Part shown: piece after piece, positions 33,630-41,922 of the stretch
Layout: the number at the start of each line of letters is the position of its first letter
How positions within the stretch are numbered: position 1 is the stretch's first letter
Translations under genes and position numbers: made by a program
Notes under the pieces: generated by a model
The model's input: only the letters and a program-made list of their open reading frames with translations
What the model was told of the DNA's origin: nothing
The model's database searches: none
NCBI GenBank assembly: GCA_044220875.1
Contig: JBGAQH010000007.1
Coordinates: forward strand, 31,673-95,672
Direction of reading: 5' to 3'
From: Phycisphaerales bacterium
GTDB lineage: Bacteria; Planctomycetota; Phycisphaerae; Phycisphaerales; SM1A02
DNA: 64,000 nt

Positions 33630-35318
33630 TCAGAATGGGATCTCGTCGTCCGGGATGCCGGCTAATGCGTTGCCAGGGTTCCGCTCGGGCAGCCCCTCAT
33701 CGCTCTCGACGCGCGGCGGACGTTCGCCAAGGACGTGCGACACGATCCGGTCGAACTTCTCGCCGGCCTTCTTCTCGACGGTGATCGTGAGCGTCATAGC
33801 GAGCGAGCCCGCATCGGCGAGATCGATCGCATCCATCACCGTGCTCGGGACCGCGTCGCGCGAGCGTGCCTGCCACCACTGCTCGGCCTTGCGCCTCGCA
33901 TAGCCCTCGTGCTCGAAGCAGATCCACTCGCGGTGCCAGCGGTTGAAGCCGACGCGGTACTCGACCCGCATCGATGGCGGGGCGTCGGGGTCGTCGCGCT
34001 TCGTGTGCAGGCAGTACGCGACCTCCTTCACCTGCTCCTCGGTGCGGGTGACCTGGTCGCTGAGGATGCCCTCGGTGGTTGCGGTGGCCTCGTGCGTCTC
34101 CTTCTCCGGCTCGGGGAAGACGAATCCGCAGCCCGGGCACGCGGCGTAACCGGTCGCGATGAGCGCCCTGCACTTCGGGCACTCCTTGGCCGGCGCCTCG
34201 CCGCCGGCGTTCGGGGCGCGGTCCTTCAGTCGGATCGCATCAACCGGACCATGCCGCATGACGTTGCCGCCGAAGTCGAGGACGAGGCAGTCGGCCTTGC
34301 CACCGTTCAGGCGGAAGCCTCGCCCGACCATCTGGTAGTAGAGGCCAGGCGACATGGTGGGCCGGAGGAGTACGACGCAGTCGACGTTGGGGGCGTCGAA
34401 TCCGGTCGTGAGCACGTTGACGTTCACGAGGTAGCGCAGGCCGCCCGATCGGAATCGCTTGAGGAGCGTGGCCCGCTCGTTGGCGGCGGTGTCGCCCGAG
34501 ATGAACCCGCACTCGATGCCGTGTCGCGACCTCAATGCGCCGGCCACGTGCCGGGCATGGCGGACGCCGCTTGCGAAGATGAGGACTGCCGTTCGATCCT
34601 TCGACTCGGCCACGACCTCGTCGACGGCAGCGCCGACAAGATCATCGGTGTCCATGAGGTCCTCGACCTCATTGGCCACGAACTCGCCGGCGCGGACATG
34701 GAGGTTCGCGTAGTCGGGCTTGTGCGCCCCCGACTTCGTCCGCAGCGGGCAGAGGTAGCCCTGGACGATCAGCTCGCGGACGCCGATGTCGAAGCAGACC
34801 TCGTTAAGGACGCCGTCGGACGAGCAGATCATGCCGGTCCGCATGCGGAACGGCGTCGCGGTCAGGCCGATCACACGCAGCTCCGGGTTGACGACCTTCG
34901 CGTCGGTGAGGAACTGCCGATACATGCCCTCGTCGTCGGCCGGAATGAGATGGGCCTCGTCGACGATAACGAGATTGACCGGGCCGAGATCACACGCTCG
35001 CTTGTAGATCGATTGGATGCCCGCGATCGTCACGGCGTAGCCGAGGTCGCGGCGCTTGAGGCCAGCGGAGTAGATGCCGACCGGGACGTCGGGCGCGATC
35101 GCCCGGAGCTTCTCGGCGGACTGCTCGAGGAGCTCCTTCACGTGGCTGACGACCGCCACGCGGCCATTCCACATCTGGACGGCGTCGCGGCAGATCGTCG
35201 CGAGGACCGGCGTCTTGCCGCCGCCGGTAGGGATCACGACGCAGGGGTTGTCGTCGCGCTCGCGGAGGAAGCGGTAGACCGCGTCGACCGCCTCGAGCTG
35301 GTAGGGGCGAAGCTGCAT
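33630..35318 (-). CDS. SF2 DEAD/DEAH-box DNA helicase
   Basis: Start MQLRPYQLEAV. Motif I IPTGGGKT, motif II VIVDEAHLI, motif III GLTATPFR, motif VI QMVGRGFR. The track N-terminal extension to 35825 overlaps the RusA and DUF669 genes. Confidence 0.85.
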   Translation of the reverse strand: MQLRPYQLEAVDAVYRFLRERDDNPCVVIPTGGGKTPVLATICRDAVQMWNGRVAVVSHVKELLEQSAEKLRAIAPDVPVGIYSAGLKRRDLGYAVTIAGIQSIYKRACDLGPVNLVIVDEAHLIPADDEGMYRQFLTDAKVVNPELRVIGLTATPFRMRTGMICSSDGVLNEVCFDIGVRELIVQGYLCPLRTKSGAHKPDYANLHVRAGEFVANEVEDLMDTDDLVGAAVDEVVAESKDRTAVLIFASGVRHARHVAGALRSRHGIECGFISGDTAANERATLLKRFRSGGLRYLVNVNVLTTGFDAPNVDCVVLLRPTMSPGLYYQMVGRGFRLNGGKADCLVLDFGGNVMRHGPVDAIRLKDRAPNAGGEAPAKECPKCRALIATGYAACPGCGFVFPEPEKETHEATATTEGILSDQVTRTEEQVKEVAYCLHTKRDDPDAPPSMRVEYRVGFNRWHREWICFEHEGYARRKAEQWWQARSRDAVPSTVMDAIDLADAGSLAMTLTITVEKKAGEKFDRIVSHVLGERPPRVESDEGLPERNPGNALAGIPDDEIPF

Positions 35319-35320
35319 GG

Positions 35321-35689
35321 TCAGACGATCTCCTCGATCTCGACGATGCAGGCGCCGCCCGAGGTGACCGGGCCCCTGCGCGTGACGAGCTCGTCGACCT
35401 GGGCGTCGTCCCGGAAGACGCGGGCGTGGACGAGCGAGTCGAGCACCGCCTTCTGCGTGTTGTCGATGTCGCGCCGCCGGCGGTCGGGCACGTAGAGCGT
35501 GATGGTCACGGAGAGCCTCCCGTCCAGTCGCTTGAGACCCGATGCCGCGAGGAGGGCGCACACGCATTCGCGATAGCGCCGCCCCTCGCGGCTGATGAGC
35601 GTCCTCCGGCCGACATGCCGCCAGTAGTGATTGGTTGAGGGCGGATACGGGAGCGAGAGGACACGTCGTCGTGCGGTCATCGCTTCCAC
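35321..35689 (-). CDS. rusA: RusA-family Holliday junction resolvase
   Basis: LPYPPSTNHYWRH…REGRRYRE…PDRRRRDIDNTQKAVLDSL…VFRDDAQV. Confidence 0.8.
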   Translation of the reverse strand: MEAMTARRRVLSLPYPPSTNHYWRHVGRRTLISREGRRYRECVCALLAASGLKRLDGRLSVTITLYVPDRRRRDIDNTQKAVLDSLVHARVFRDDAQVDELVTRRGPVTSGGACIVEIEEIV

Positions 35690-36138
35690 GGCGGCGGGCT
35701 CCCTGCGGCGCCGGCGGTGGTGAACGCACGCGGCGCGGTTGCGGGCTCTCGCTTCTCGAAGCCCTTGATCGCATTGGTGAGCTCGCCGTTGTCGTCGCGC
35801 TTCTTGCAGGCGACGTTGATGACAAGCGGGACGTTGTGGAGCTCCGTCGAGTCCCTCGGGGCCATCACGCCGATCGCCCGGCAGACGGCGGAGAGGTTGC
35901 CGCGGGCGATCTTGACCGTGGTCTCGTTCGGGTGCTTGAGAGTGAGCCGCTCCCAGACCTTGCGGCCCTTGTAGGGGCCATCAAGCACCTCGAACTCGAG
36001 TTGCAGGTACTCGCCGGCGCCGTTCTTGGTCGGCTTCATCTGCGAGTCGGTGATGAGGGCGAGGTACTTGCCGGCGGGGATGGGATCGAAGCCCACGTTC
36101 GAGTCGACGTCATTGGCGTTGAAGTTCAGCGTTGCCAT
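35677..36138 (-). CDS. DUF669-family phage ssDNA-binding-like protein
   Basis: FDPIPAGKYLALITDSQMKPTKNGAGEYLQLEFEVLDGPYKGRKVWERL is typical of DUF669. Confidence 0.7.
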   Translation of the reverse strand: MATLNFNANDVDSNVGFDPIPAGKYLALITDSQMKPTKNGAGEYLQLEFEVLDGPYKGRKVWERLTLKHPNETTVKIARGNLSAVCRAIGVMAPRDSTELHNVPLVINVACKKRDDNGELTNAIKGFEKREPATAPRAFTTAGAAGSPPPWKR

Positions 36139-36190
36139 GATTTTCGTGTTCCTTTGGTCGTTGGTTCAGGGGTGTAGGTGGATGGAGACT

Positions 36191-36976
36191 TCACTCGTGG
36201 TCGGTGTGCGTGCCGATCGCCGGGGGCTCGCCACGCACGAGCGAGGCATAGACGCGGTAGTCGAGGGGGATCTCGTCGGGGAGATCGAGCCGGTTCTTCG
36301 CGATGTGCGACGGACGCTCGGTGGTGCGGATGACTCGCTCGCCGGTGCCGAGCCCACGGTGCTTCTGCTGGCCGAAGGCCTCGTCCACCTTGCGTGTGAG
36401 GACTCGGTAGGAGGCGAAGAGCACCTCGTCGCACCATTCCTGGACGAGCGCCGACGCCAGCTTGTGAAGCCGCGGCACGTAACGGTCATAGGGGTCGGTC
36501 TCGGGGTTCTCGAACCGCTCGATGCGGGCGTGTGCGACGAGGATCACGTCCATGCCGCGGTCGTGACGGAGGGCGTCGAGGCCGGCCAGCACCTCGCGCC
36601 AGTAGGTCAGCGCGAACGCATAGCCCTTCGCGTAGCCGATTTCCTCGATGTTCTTGACGCCGTGCTCGGAGCAGACCTCGGCCCAGATCAGCCGTTCGAG
36701 CCAGTCGAGCGAGTCGATCGCGATGGTGCGGTAGTCGTGCTCGTCGCCGTGCAGAGACTCGAGCTGCTCGAGGACGTCGCGGTAGCGGGTGCAGAGCGGG
36801 AATCGCTCGCAGTCGATGTTCGAGAGACCGTCCTCGGTCGAGATGAAGACGGGCCTGTCAGCCATCGACGCGAAGGTCGACTTGCCGATGCCTGGCGTGC
36901 CGTAGACGAGCGTGCGACGGGGAGCGGGGACGCGGCCACGGACGATCTGGTTGATGCGGGGAGCTGTTGCTGGCAT
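36191..36976 (-). CDS. Sak4-like RecA-fold ATPase (phage recombination)
   Basis: Walker A LVYGTPGIGKST. Also …VILVAHARIERFENPETDPYDRY… The start was chosen at MPATAPRIN. Confidence 0.7.
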   Translation of the reverse strand: MPATAPRINQIVRGRVPAPRRTLVYGTPGIGKSTFASMADRPVFISTEDGLSNIDCERFPLCTRYRDVLEQLESLHGDEHDYRTIAIDSLDWLERLIWAEVCSEHGVKNIEEIGYAKGYAFALTYWREVLAGLDALRHDRGMDVILVAHARIERFENPETDPYDRYVPRLHKLASALVQEWCDEVLFASYRVLTRKVDEAFGQQKHRGLGTGERVIRTTERPSHIAKNRLDLPDEIPLDYRVYASLVRGEPPAIGTHTDHE

Positions 36977-37096
36977 GGTTGGTCTCGAAAGGGGACGAAG
37001 GTCGTGGGGATGGATGTCCCGGGTGAATTCGCCCTGTGACCGGGCGGACGAACGGAACACGGCTGGAGGTGTCGCCACGCGGGCGACGTGGTGACG

Positions 37097-37396
37097 TCAT
37101 GCAGCCGCGCTCGCAGGCGACGTGACGGGCGGCATTCGTCGGACCGCGAACGCATCGGCACCGATCTCGCGGGTCAGGAAGCCCGTGTAGATGCGAACGA
37201 CCGCGTCACCGACAGGAGTCGAGCCGTCGACGACGATCGTCGATCGCGGGGCATCAGCGAAGTACGACGCTTCCAAGCGGACCCGGGACTCACCGAAGAG
37301 TCCCTCGGCAGCCAGAAGCGAGAGGAGCAGGGTGGCCTCAACCTCATCGAGGGCGACGCCCTGTGCGAACGTGAATCGGAAGACGGCCGTGTTCAT
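37097..37396 (-). CDS. hypothetical phage protein (start uncertain)
   Basis: First ORF downstream of promoter-like motif copy iv. No motif recognised. Confidence 0.4.
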   Translation of the reverse strand: MNTAVFRFTFAQGVALDEVEATLLLSLLAAEGLFGESRVRLEASYFADAPRSTIVVDGSTPVGDAVVRIYTGFLTREIGADAFAVRRMPPVTSPASAAA

Positions 37397-37554
37397 CGTG
37401 GTGTTTCCAGGCAGTTGGACTCGCAAGCCGAACCCCGCGTCTGGAGTCTGGCCATGGAGGCAAGCGACGCTGCTTGCGGTCGCCGACCAAGCCCATAACC
37501 GGTTTCTCCGGAGCGGCGGACTCGATTGGGACGAGAGGTGCCACCTTGGGGGTC

Positions 37555-37582
37555 TCTATGCCGACGGCGAGGCTGCTGCGCG
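37555..37582 (-). promoter_or_regulatory. promoter-like bipartite motif copy iv (CGCGCA-N16-CATAGA)
   Basis: Immediately after the sigma-factor stop. Same 16-nt spacing and the same CGG before CATAG as the other copies. Confidence 0.45.
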
Positions 37583-37584
37583 CA

Positions 37585-38184
37585 TCACCGGACATCGAGC
37601 CCGGCGTTCTCGAACCGACGCTTCATCCGCGCGAGCCTCTCGTCGATGTGCCGCCGCGAGACCGGGCCTCCTTCGAGACGGTGCCAGTCACGGGCGGTCG
37701 CGGAGACGCCATGGTCGCCAACGTGGACAAGGAGTCGCCGCTCTTCTGGCCCCAGCTGCGCGAACGCGTGGCCCGTCGCCTCGGCGATCTCCATCCGTTC
37801 AAGGGGACTCGCCTGAGGCTGGCCGGTCCGACGCGCTTGGTCGGCTGGTGCGATGACGTTCGCGAGCGGTTCCTTGTCGCCGTCGACCTCGATGTACGTC
37901 CGCTCGAGCGTCACCGTCATGACGTTCCCGAGCCGCTTGGCGCGGCCCCTGTAGCGGAGCGTCATGCCGACCCAAGTGTTCACGAGCTTGGTGACGAAGG
38001 CCTCGACGTTGCCCCGTGTCGGATCGAAGAGACGCTGCTTCTCCAGGAGGTAGAGATACATGCCCTGGCGGAGATCCTCACGATCGGACGGCGAGAAGTC
38101 TCGACGGCGACAGAGTTGGGCAGCCTTGATGCGGATGAAGGGTGCGGTGAATGGGTGGCTGACGACGTCGTGGCCCTTGGCCAT
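37585..38184 (-). CDS. sigma-70 family (ECF-like) sigma factor, phage-encoded
   Basis: Region-2-like FSPSDREDLRQGMYLYLLEK. C-terminal region-4-like HTH (LGPEERRLLVHVGDHGVSATARDW…IDERLARMKRRF). The start was chosen at MAKGHD. Confidence 0.6.
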   Translation of the reverse strand: MAKGHDVVSHPFTAPFIRIKAAQLCRRRDFSPSDREDLRQGMYLYLLEKQRLFDPTRGNVEAFVTKLVNTWVGMTLRYRGRAKRLGNVMTVTLERTYIEVDGDKEPLANVIAPADQARRTGQPQASPLERMEIAEATGHAFAQLGPEERRLLVHVGDHGVSATARDWHRLEGGPVSRRHIDERLARMKRRFENAGLDVR

Positions 38185-38347
38185 CGGATTGCTCCGAGGC
38201 CGGTCGTCGTGCTCCCGGGCGAGTCGCGCCGCGTTGCAGTCGGCCCGTGCCGCCGCTCGCTGCGGCGGCGATCCACGGGTGCGTCTCTGACTCACCGGTT
38301 ATGAGCGGACCGGCCTCGGACGCAGGCCGTGCTGTCGCGGCTGGCGC

Positions 38348-38376
38348 ATAAAAAGGGCGGGCCAAGTGGCCCGCCC
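38348..38376 (-). terminator. Rho-independent terminator
   Basis: On the minus strand: gggcgggcc-actt-ggcccgccc followed by TTTTTAT. Lies 30 nt after the stop at 38406. Confidence 0.8.
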
Positions 38377-38405
38377 GAGCGTTGCAAAGTGCTTTGCGAC
38401 AGCGA

Positions 38406-39365
38406 CTAGCGACGCTGCGCCAATTTTGTCGCCCTGTCGCGTGGCTGCGACGCGACAGTCCGTGCGACGGAGTCGGAGTCCGTCATGCGTCGTAAAGCGT
38501 CCGGCCCGCCGGCTGCCTTCACTGCGCGTTCGACGGCCCACCGGTCTGTGGCGAAGCCCGATTGGTTCAGTGCGTTGGCCGCCGCGCGGTACGAACCGTG
38601 CGTGACGTATGCCTGCACGAGGGCGTCGGCGGTTGCCATGGAGTCGACGGCCTGCTTGACTCGTCGACGGAATCGACTCGCCTCGGCTCCGCTCCCGGTG
38701 CCCTCTGCGTCAGTCGCATGGTCGAGGGCCTCGACCAGCGAACGGAGGGACATCGACTCGATCGCGAGCGATGCTCCCGTCCATGCCATGAGGTCCTCGA
38801 GTGGCACGCAGACCGGCACACGACCCGGCCATGGCACGTCGCCGGGCGGACTCCGTTCGACGAGGAGGATCTGCCGGCCGCTCCGGCCCGCACGTTGCGC
38901 GACCAGAGGTCCGTCGGGCGCCGTCAGTCCGAGCGCGAGCGCCACCTGTCGCATTCCGGTGCCCCACGCCAGCGAGCCGAGGGTCCAGTACCGACCGGGG
39001 AGGGCCTCGCGGAAGGGCGGAAGCAAGCCAAGTGCATCCGCGACCAGTTTCGCGAACGCCGCCCGGTCAAACCGCATCCGGGTCAGGGCGAGGTCGTCGA
39101 CTTCGAACCACCCGGCCTCCGGGCAAATGATCCATGATCGCGAGCTTGCCTCGACGTCTGCCTTGACCTGCGTGCGACGGTGGAGGAGATGAGATCCGCC
39201 GCACGAAGAGCATGGGATCGTTTCGGCAGGGCCCGTGTCGGTCACGATGCCGCGCTCCTGAAGCCACGCCAAGAATGCAGGCTCCCACTCGTCCAGCTCC
39301 TCGGTGCCGAACCGGAGGGCAGGGTCCGCCAGCGCGCACAGGATTGGGTCGATAGGGTCACGCAT
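38406..39365 (-). CDS. hypothetical protein, possible C-terminal HTH
   Basis: 319 aa. 8-nt overlap with the upstream gene. N-terminal CSSCGGSH. The C-terminal segment YVTHGSYRAAANALNQSGFATDRWAVERAVK looks HTH-like. Confidence 0.55.
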   Translation of the reverse strand: MRDPIDPILCALADPALRFGTEELDEWEPAFLAWLQERGIVTDTGPAETIPCSSCGGSHLLHRRTQVKADVEASSRSWIICPEAGWFEVDDLALTRMRFDRAAFAKLVADALGLLPPFREALPGRYWTLGSLAWGTGMRQVALALGLTAPDGPLVAQRAGRSGRQILLVERSPPGDVPWPGRVPVCVPLEDLMAWTGASLAIESMSLRSLVEALDHATDAEGTGSGAEASRFRRRVKQAVDSMATADALVQAYVTHGSYRAAANALNQSGFATDRWAVERAVKAAGGPDALRRMTDSDSVARTVASQPRDRATKLAQRR

Positions 39366-40539
39366 CGGTCACCCCCCACAGCCGGAGACATCGCTCGCCG
39401 ATGATCCGCCGCTCGTCGCGGGCGCCCTTGAGGTCGCACGAATTGGGCCCGCCGACGCCGAAGGTGAACGTCTTCGGGGTCTTGCCTGCCTCGGGAAGAA
39501 ACGTGAGCCTGAACCTGGCCCCGTGGAGCCGCAGCGAACGGAGCGGAGTCTCGACGGGATTCAGGCGCTTGCGGAGCGTTTCGTCGAGGCTCTCGCCTGC
39601 CGGGACATTGAGGATGATGTCCTCATCGCCGTTCGTGCCGAGGGGACGCAGCCGCACCGAAGTAATCTCGACGGTCGCGACGCGGTCGTCGGTCGCGGTG
39701 CGGAGGTTGCGCTCAGGCCAGAGCAGGTGGTCGAGCCGATAGGTTCGGCGCTTCCGCTCGAACCGGACGGCCTTCATCTCAAGGACGGTCTCGCAGAAGA
39801 TCCGCTGAAGCGCCTCGTAGACCGGCTGGCCTCCCTGGGCGTACATCGAGAGTGTGCCGTCGGCCGGACAGTGCACGAACACGACCTCGAAGGTTCGCCA
39901 CTCCTCGCCGCGGCGCTCCTTGCCGTCGGGTCCGAAGACCAGTGGGGCATCGGGGTAGTCGGCGAGCCGGACGAAGAAGTATTGCGCCCCCCCGGCGCGC
40001 TCGTGGGCGTGCACGCAGAAGTGCCTGCCGCGGAGTTCCTTGTTCTGAAAGAACGCCGCGACCCGCATGGCGAGCGCGTCCCGAAGCTCGGGCGTCGCGT
40101 CGATCGGCTTCTTGGGAAGGCTGTTGGTGGTAACCCAGTACCGGCCCGTCGACTTCATGTCGGCGTCGGCGACAAGGCGGGCCAGCTGGAAGGCCTGCGG
40201 GGCATTGACGAGCGTCCACATCGCTCGCTCGGCCCGGCCGGTCATCGCCTCGAACTCGCCAGCCCGCTCGGGCAACTGGCGCTGGATCTCTTCCGCGAGC
40301 GATCGAGTGCCGAAGCCCGTCTCGTCGGAGAGGTCGTGGATGTCGTGGAGCGCGACCTGGATCGCCTTGCCTCGGCCCTCGGGGAGCTGCGCGATGGCCT
40401 CGATGACGGGGTCGACGTCATGCTCGCCGAGCGAGTCCCAGTCGATGCCTTCGAGTCCGCCGTGGCTGTCGAAGAACAGCTTGAGGAGGGTGTTGGGGAT
40501 TTGCTTGAGGAGCCGTCGGGGGTCGTACTGGATCGTCAT
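39358..40539 (-). CDS. hypothetical protein (no recognisable domain)
   Basis: 393 aa. Co-directional, 86 nt downstream of the ImmA-like gene. Confidence 0.6.
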   Translation of the reverse strand: MTIQYDPRRLLKQIPNTLLKLFFDSHGGLEGIDWDSLGEHDVDPVIEAIAQLPEGRGKAIQVALHDIHDLSDETGFGTRSLAEEIQRQLPERAGEFEAMTGRAERAMWTLVNAPQAFQLARLVADADMKSTGRYWVTTNSLPKKPIDATPELRDALAMRVAAFFQNKELRGRHFCVHAHERAGGAQYFFVRLADYPDAPLVFGPDGKERRGEEWRTFEVVFVHCPADGTLSMYAQGGQPVYEALQRIFCETVLEMKAVRFERKRRTYRLDHLLWPERNLRTATDDRVATVEITSVRLRPLGTNGDEDIILNVPAGESLDETLRKRLNPVETPLRSLRLHGARFRLTFLPEAGKTPKTFTFGVGGPNSCDLKGARDERRIIGERCLRLWGVTDA

Positions 40540-40625
40540 GGCTGATTCACTCGCTTTCTGGCGGCGTGCCCCGCCTGTCTATGCGCAGTGAATGGTAAAC
40601 GTCCTGAGAACACATCCGCGTCCCG

Positions 40626-41339
40626 TCAGGTTGTGAACAGGTTCTGCTCCCTCTCCCGGACAAGCAGCCTGACGGCCGCCAACCGATGCCGGAGGGCTTC
40701 GGCTGAGACCTCGAGCCGGTCGGCCAGCGGGCGGCAGAGCCGGTCGATGGCCACCGCCTCGTCGCGCCGACGGTCGCCGGTGCGAGCGGGGGCTACGAGA
40801 TCCTGGATCACGAGGGGCTCGTCGCTCCCTCGCCACGCGACAAAGGCGCCTCTGAGGATTCGGCGGGGCATGAGCAGCATTGCAGCGAACTTGTTCGCCT
40901 GGACTTCCTCCGCCGCGGTGGCCCCGGCCCGGCAGATCACCGCGGGCGGTGGGTACGCCTCGTCAAGCGTCCGCTGCGAGGGGTCGGGCCGCAGGTGCTG
41001 CCGGTGGAGACGCCAGTGGCCGACCTCATGCGCGAGCGTGAACCGGAACCGCCCGAGCATGGCGCGGTTCAACGCGGGATCAAGCGAGCGGTCGATGCGG
41101 ATCGTGCGATCCTCAAACCAGATCGCACCGAGCACGTCCCGGTGCCCGAGCATCGCTCCGAGATCGCCCATCTCGACGGTGAGGCCAAGGTGGATCTCCG
41201 CGAGGTCCTCGATCGGGACTGGCGCGGCGACCTCGACTCCCTTCGACTTCTCCCATTCCGCGAGAAGAAGATCGGCCTCAGCCGCGATTGCCTCGTCGGC
41301 CAGGAATGGCACTCGATCCTTCCCGCGCGGGGCTCTCAC
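40626..41339 (-). CDS. ImmA/IrrE-family zinc metallopeptidase
   Basis: HEXXH motif in FTLAHEVGHWRLH. ATGA overlap with the upstream XRE gene. Confidence 0.8.
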   Translation of the reverse strand: MRAPRGKDRVPFLADEAIAAEADLLLAEWEKSKGVEVAAPVPIEDLAEIHLGLTVEMGDLGAMLGHRDVLGAIWFEDRTIRIDRSLDPALNRAMLGRFRFTLAHEVGHWRLHRQHLRPDPSQRTLDEAYPPPAVICRAGATAAEEVQANKFAAMLLMPRRILRGAFVAWRGSDEPLVIQDLVAPARTGDRRRDEAVAIDRLCRPLADRLEVSAEALRHRLAAVRLLVREREQNLFTT

Positions 41340-41740
41340 GATCCGCGTCCCTTCGCGCGCTTCAGCCGCTCCGCCTCCTCGACGAGCCGTTTGAGGTCTG
41401 CGGCGGTGAGTCCGCCAGCGGCCCTGAGCAGAGCAGGCATCGACGCGGGCTTCCGCTTGATGATGTCGGACAGGTCCTGTGGGACGCGTCCCGCGAGTGT
41501 GATCAGTCCGTCGGGGTCCTGCTCGAGGACCTCCGCCATCTTCCGCAGTCGCTCAAGCGTCGGCGGGCTCTCCACCTTCCCCTGCTCGACGAGGGAAATG
41601 TAGGTCGGGCTCAGATCCAGCATCTCAGCGAACTTCCTGAGGCTGTAGCCTTTGGCGACCCTCATCTCGCGGAGGGCCGCCCCGAAGGGTTGTTTGGATT
41701 GGCCCATTAGGTCCTCGGGTCGGTCGGCAACGTCGAGCAT
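41336..41740 (-). CDS. XRE-family HTH transcriptional regulator
   Basis: LREMRVAKGYSLRKFAEMLDLSPTYISLVEQGK. Alternative start at MGQSKQ. Confidence 0.8.
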   Translation of the reverse strand: MLDVADRPEDLMGQSKQPFGAALREMRVAKGYSLRKFAEMLDLSPTYISLVEQGKVESPPTLERLRKMAEVLEQDPDGLITLAGRVPQDLSDIIKRKPASMPALLRAAGGLTAADLKRLVEEAERLKRAKGRGS

Positions 41741-41922
41741 TCACTGTACCATTGACATACTTGCGAGGCCAACGGGAATTCGCTCCGGCTCTCGAACGGG
41801 GGCGTGACGATGGGGCCCTGGTTGAATCGATCTGGCCGGCACTGCGAGCCCGAGGCGAGTTCCTCGGAGCTGGTCGCTTCTGGACCGTGACTACGGCTGA
41901 CGAGTACAAAGGAGAGTAGCGC

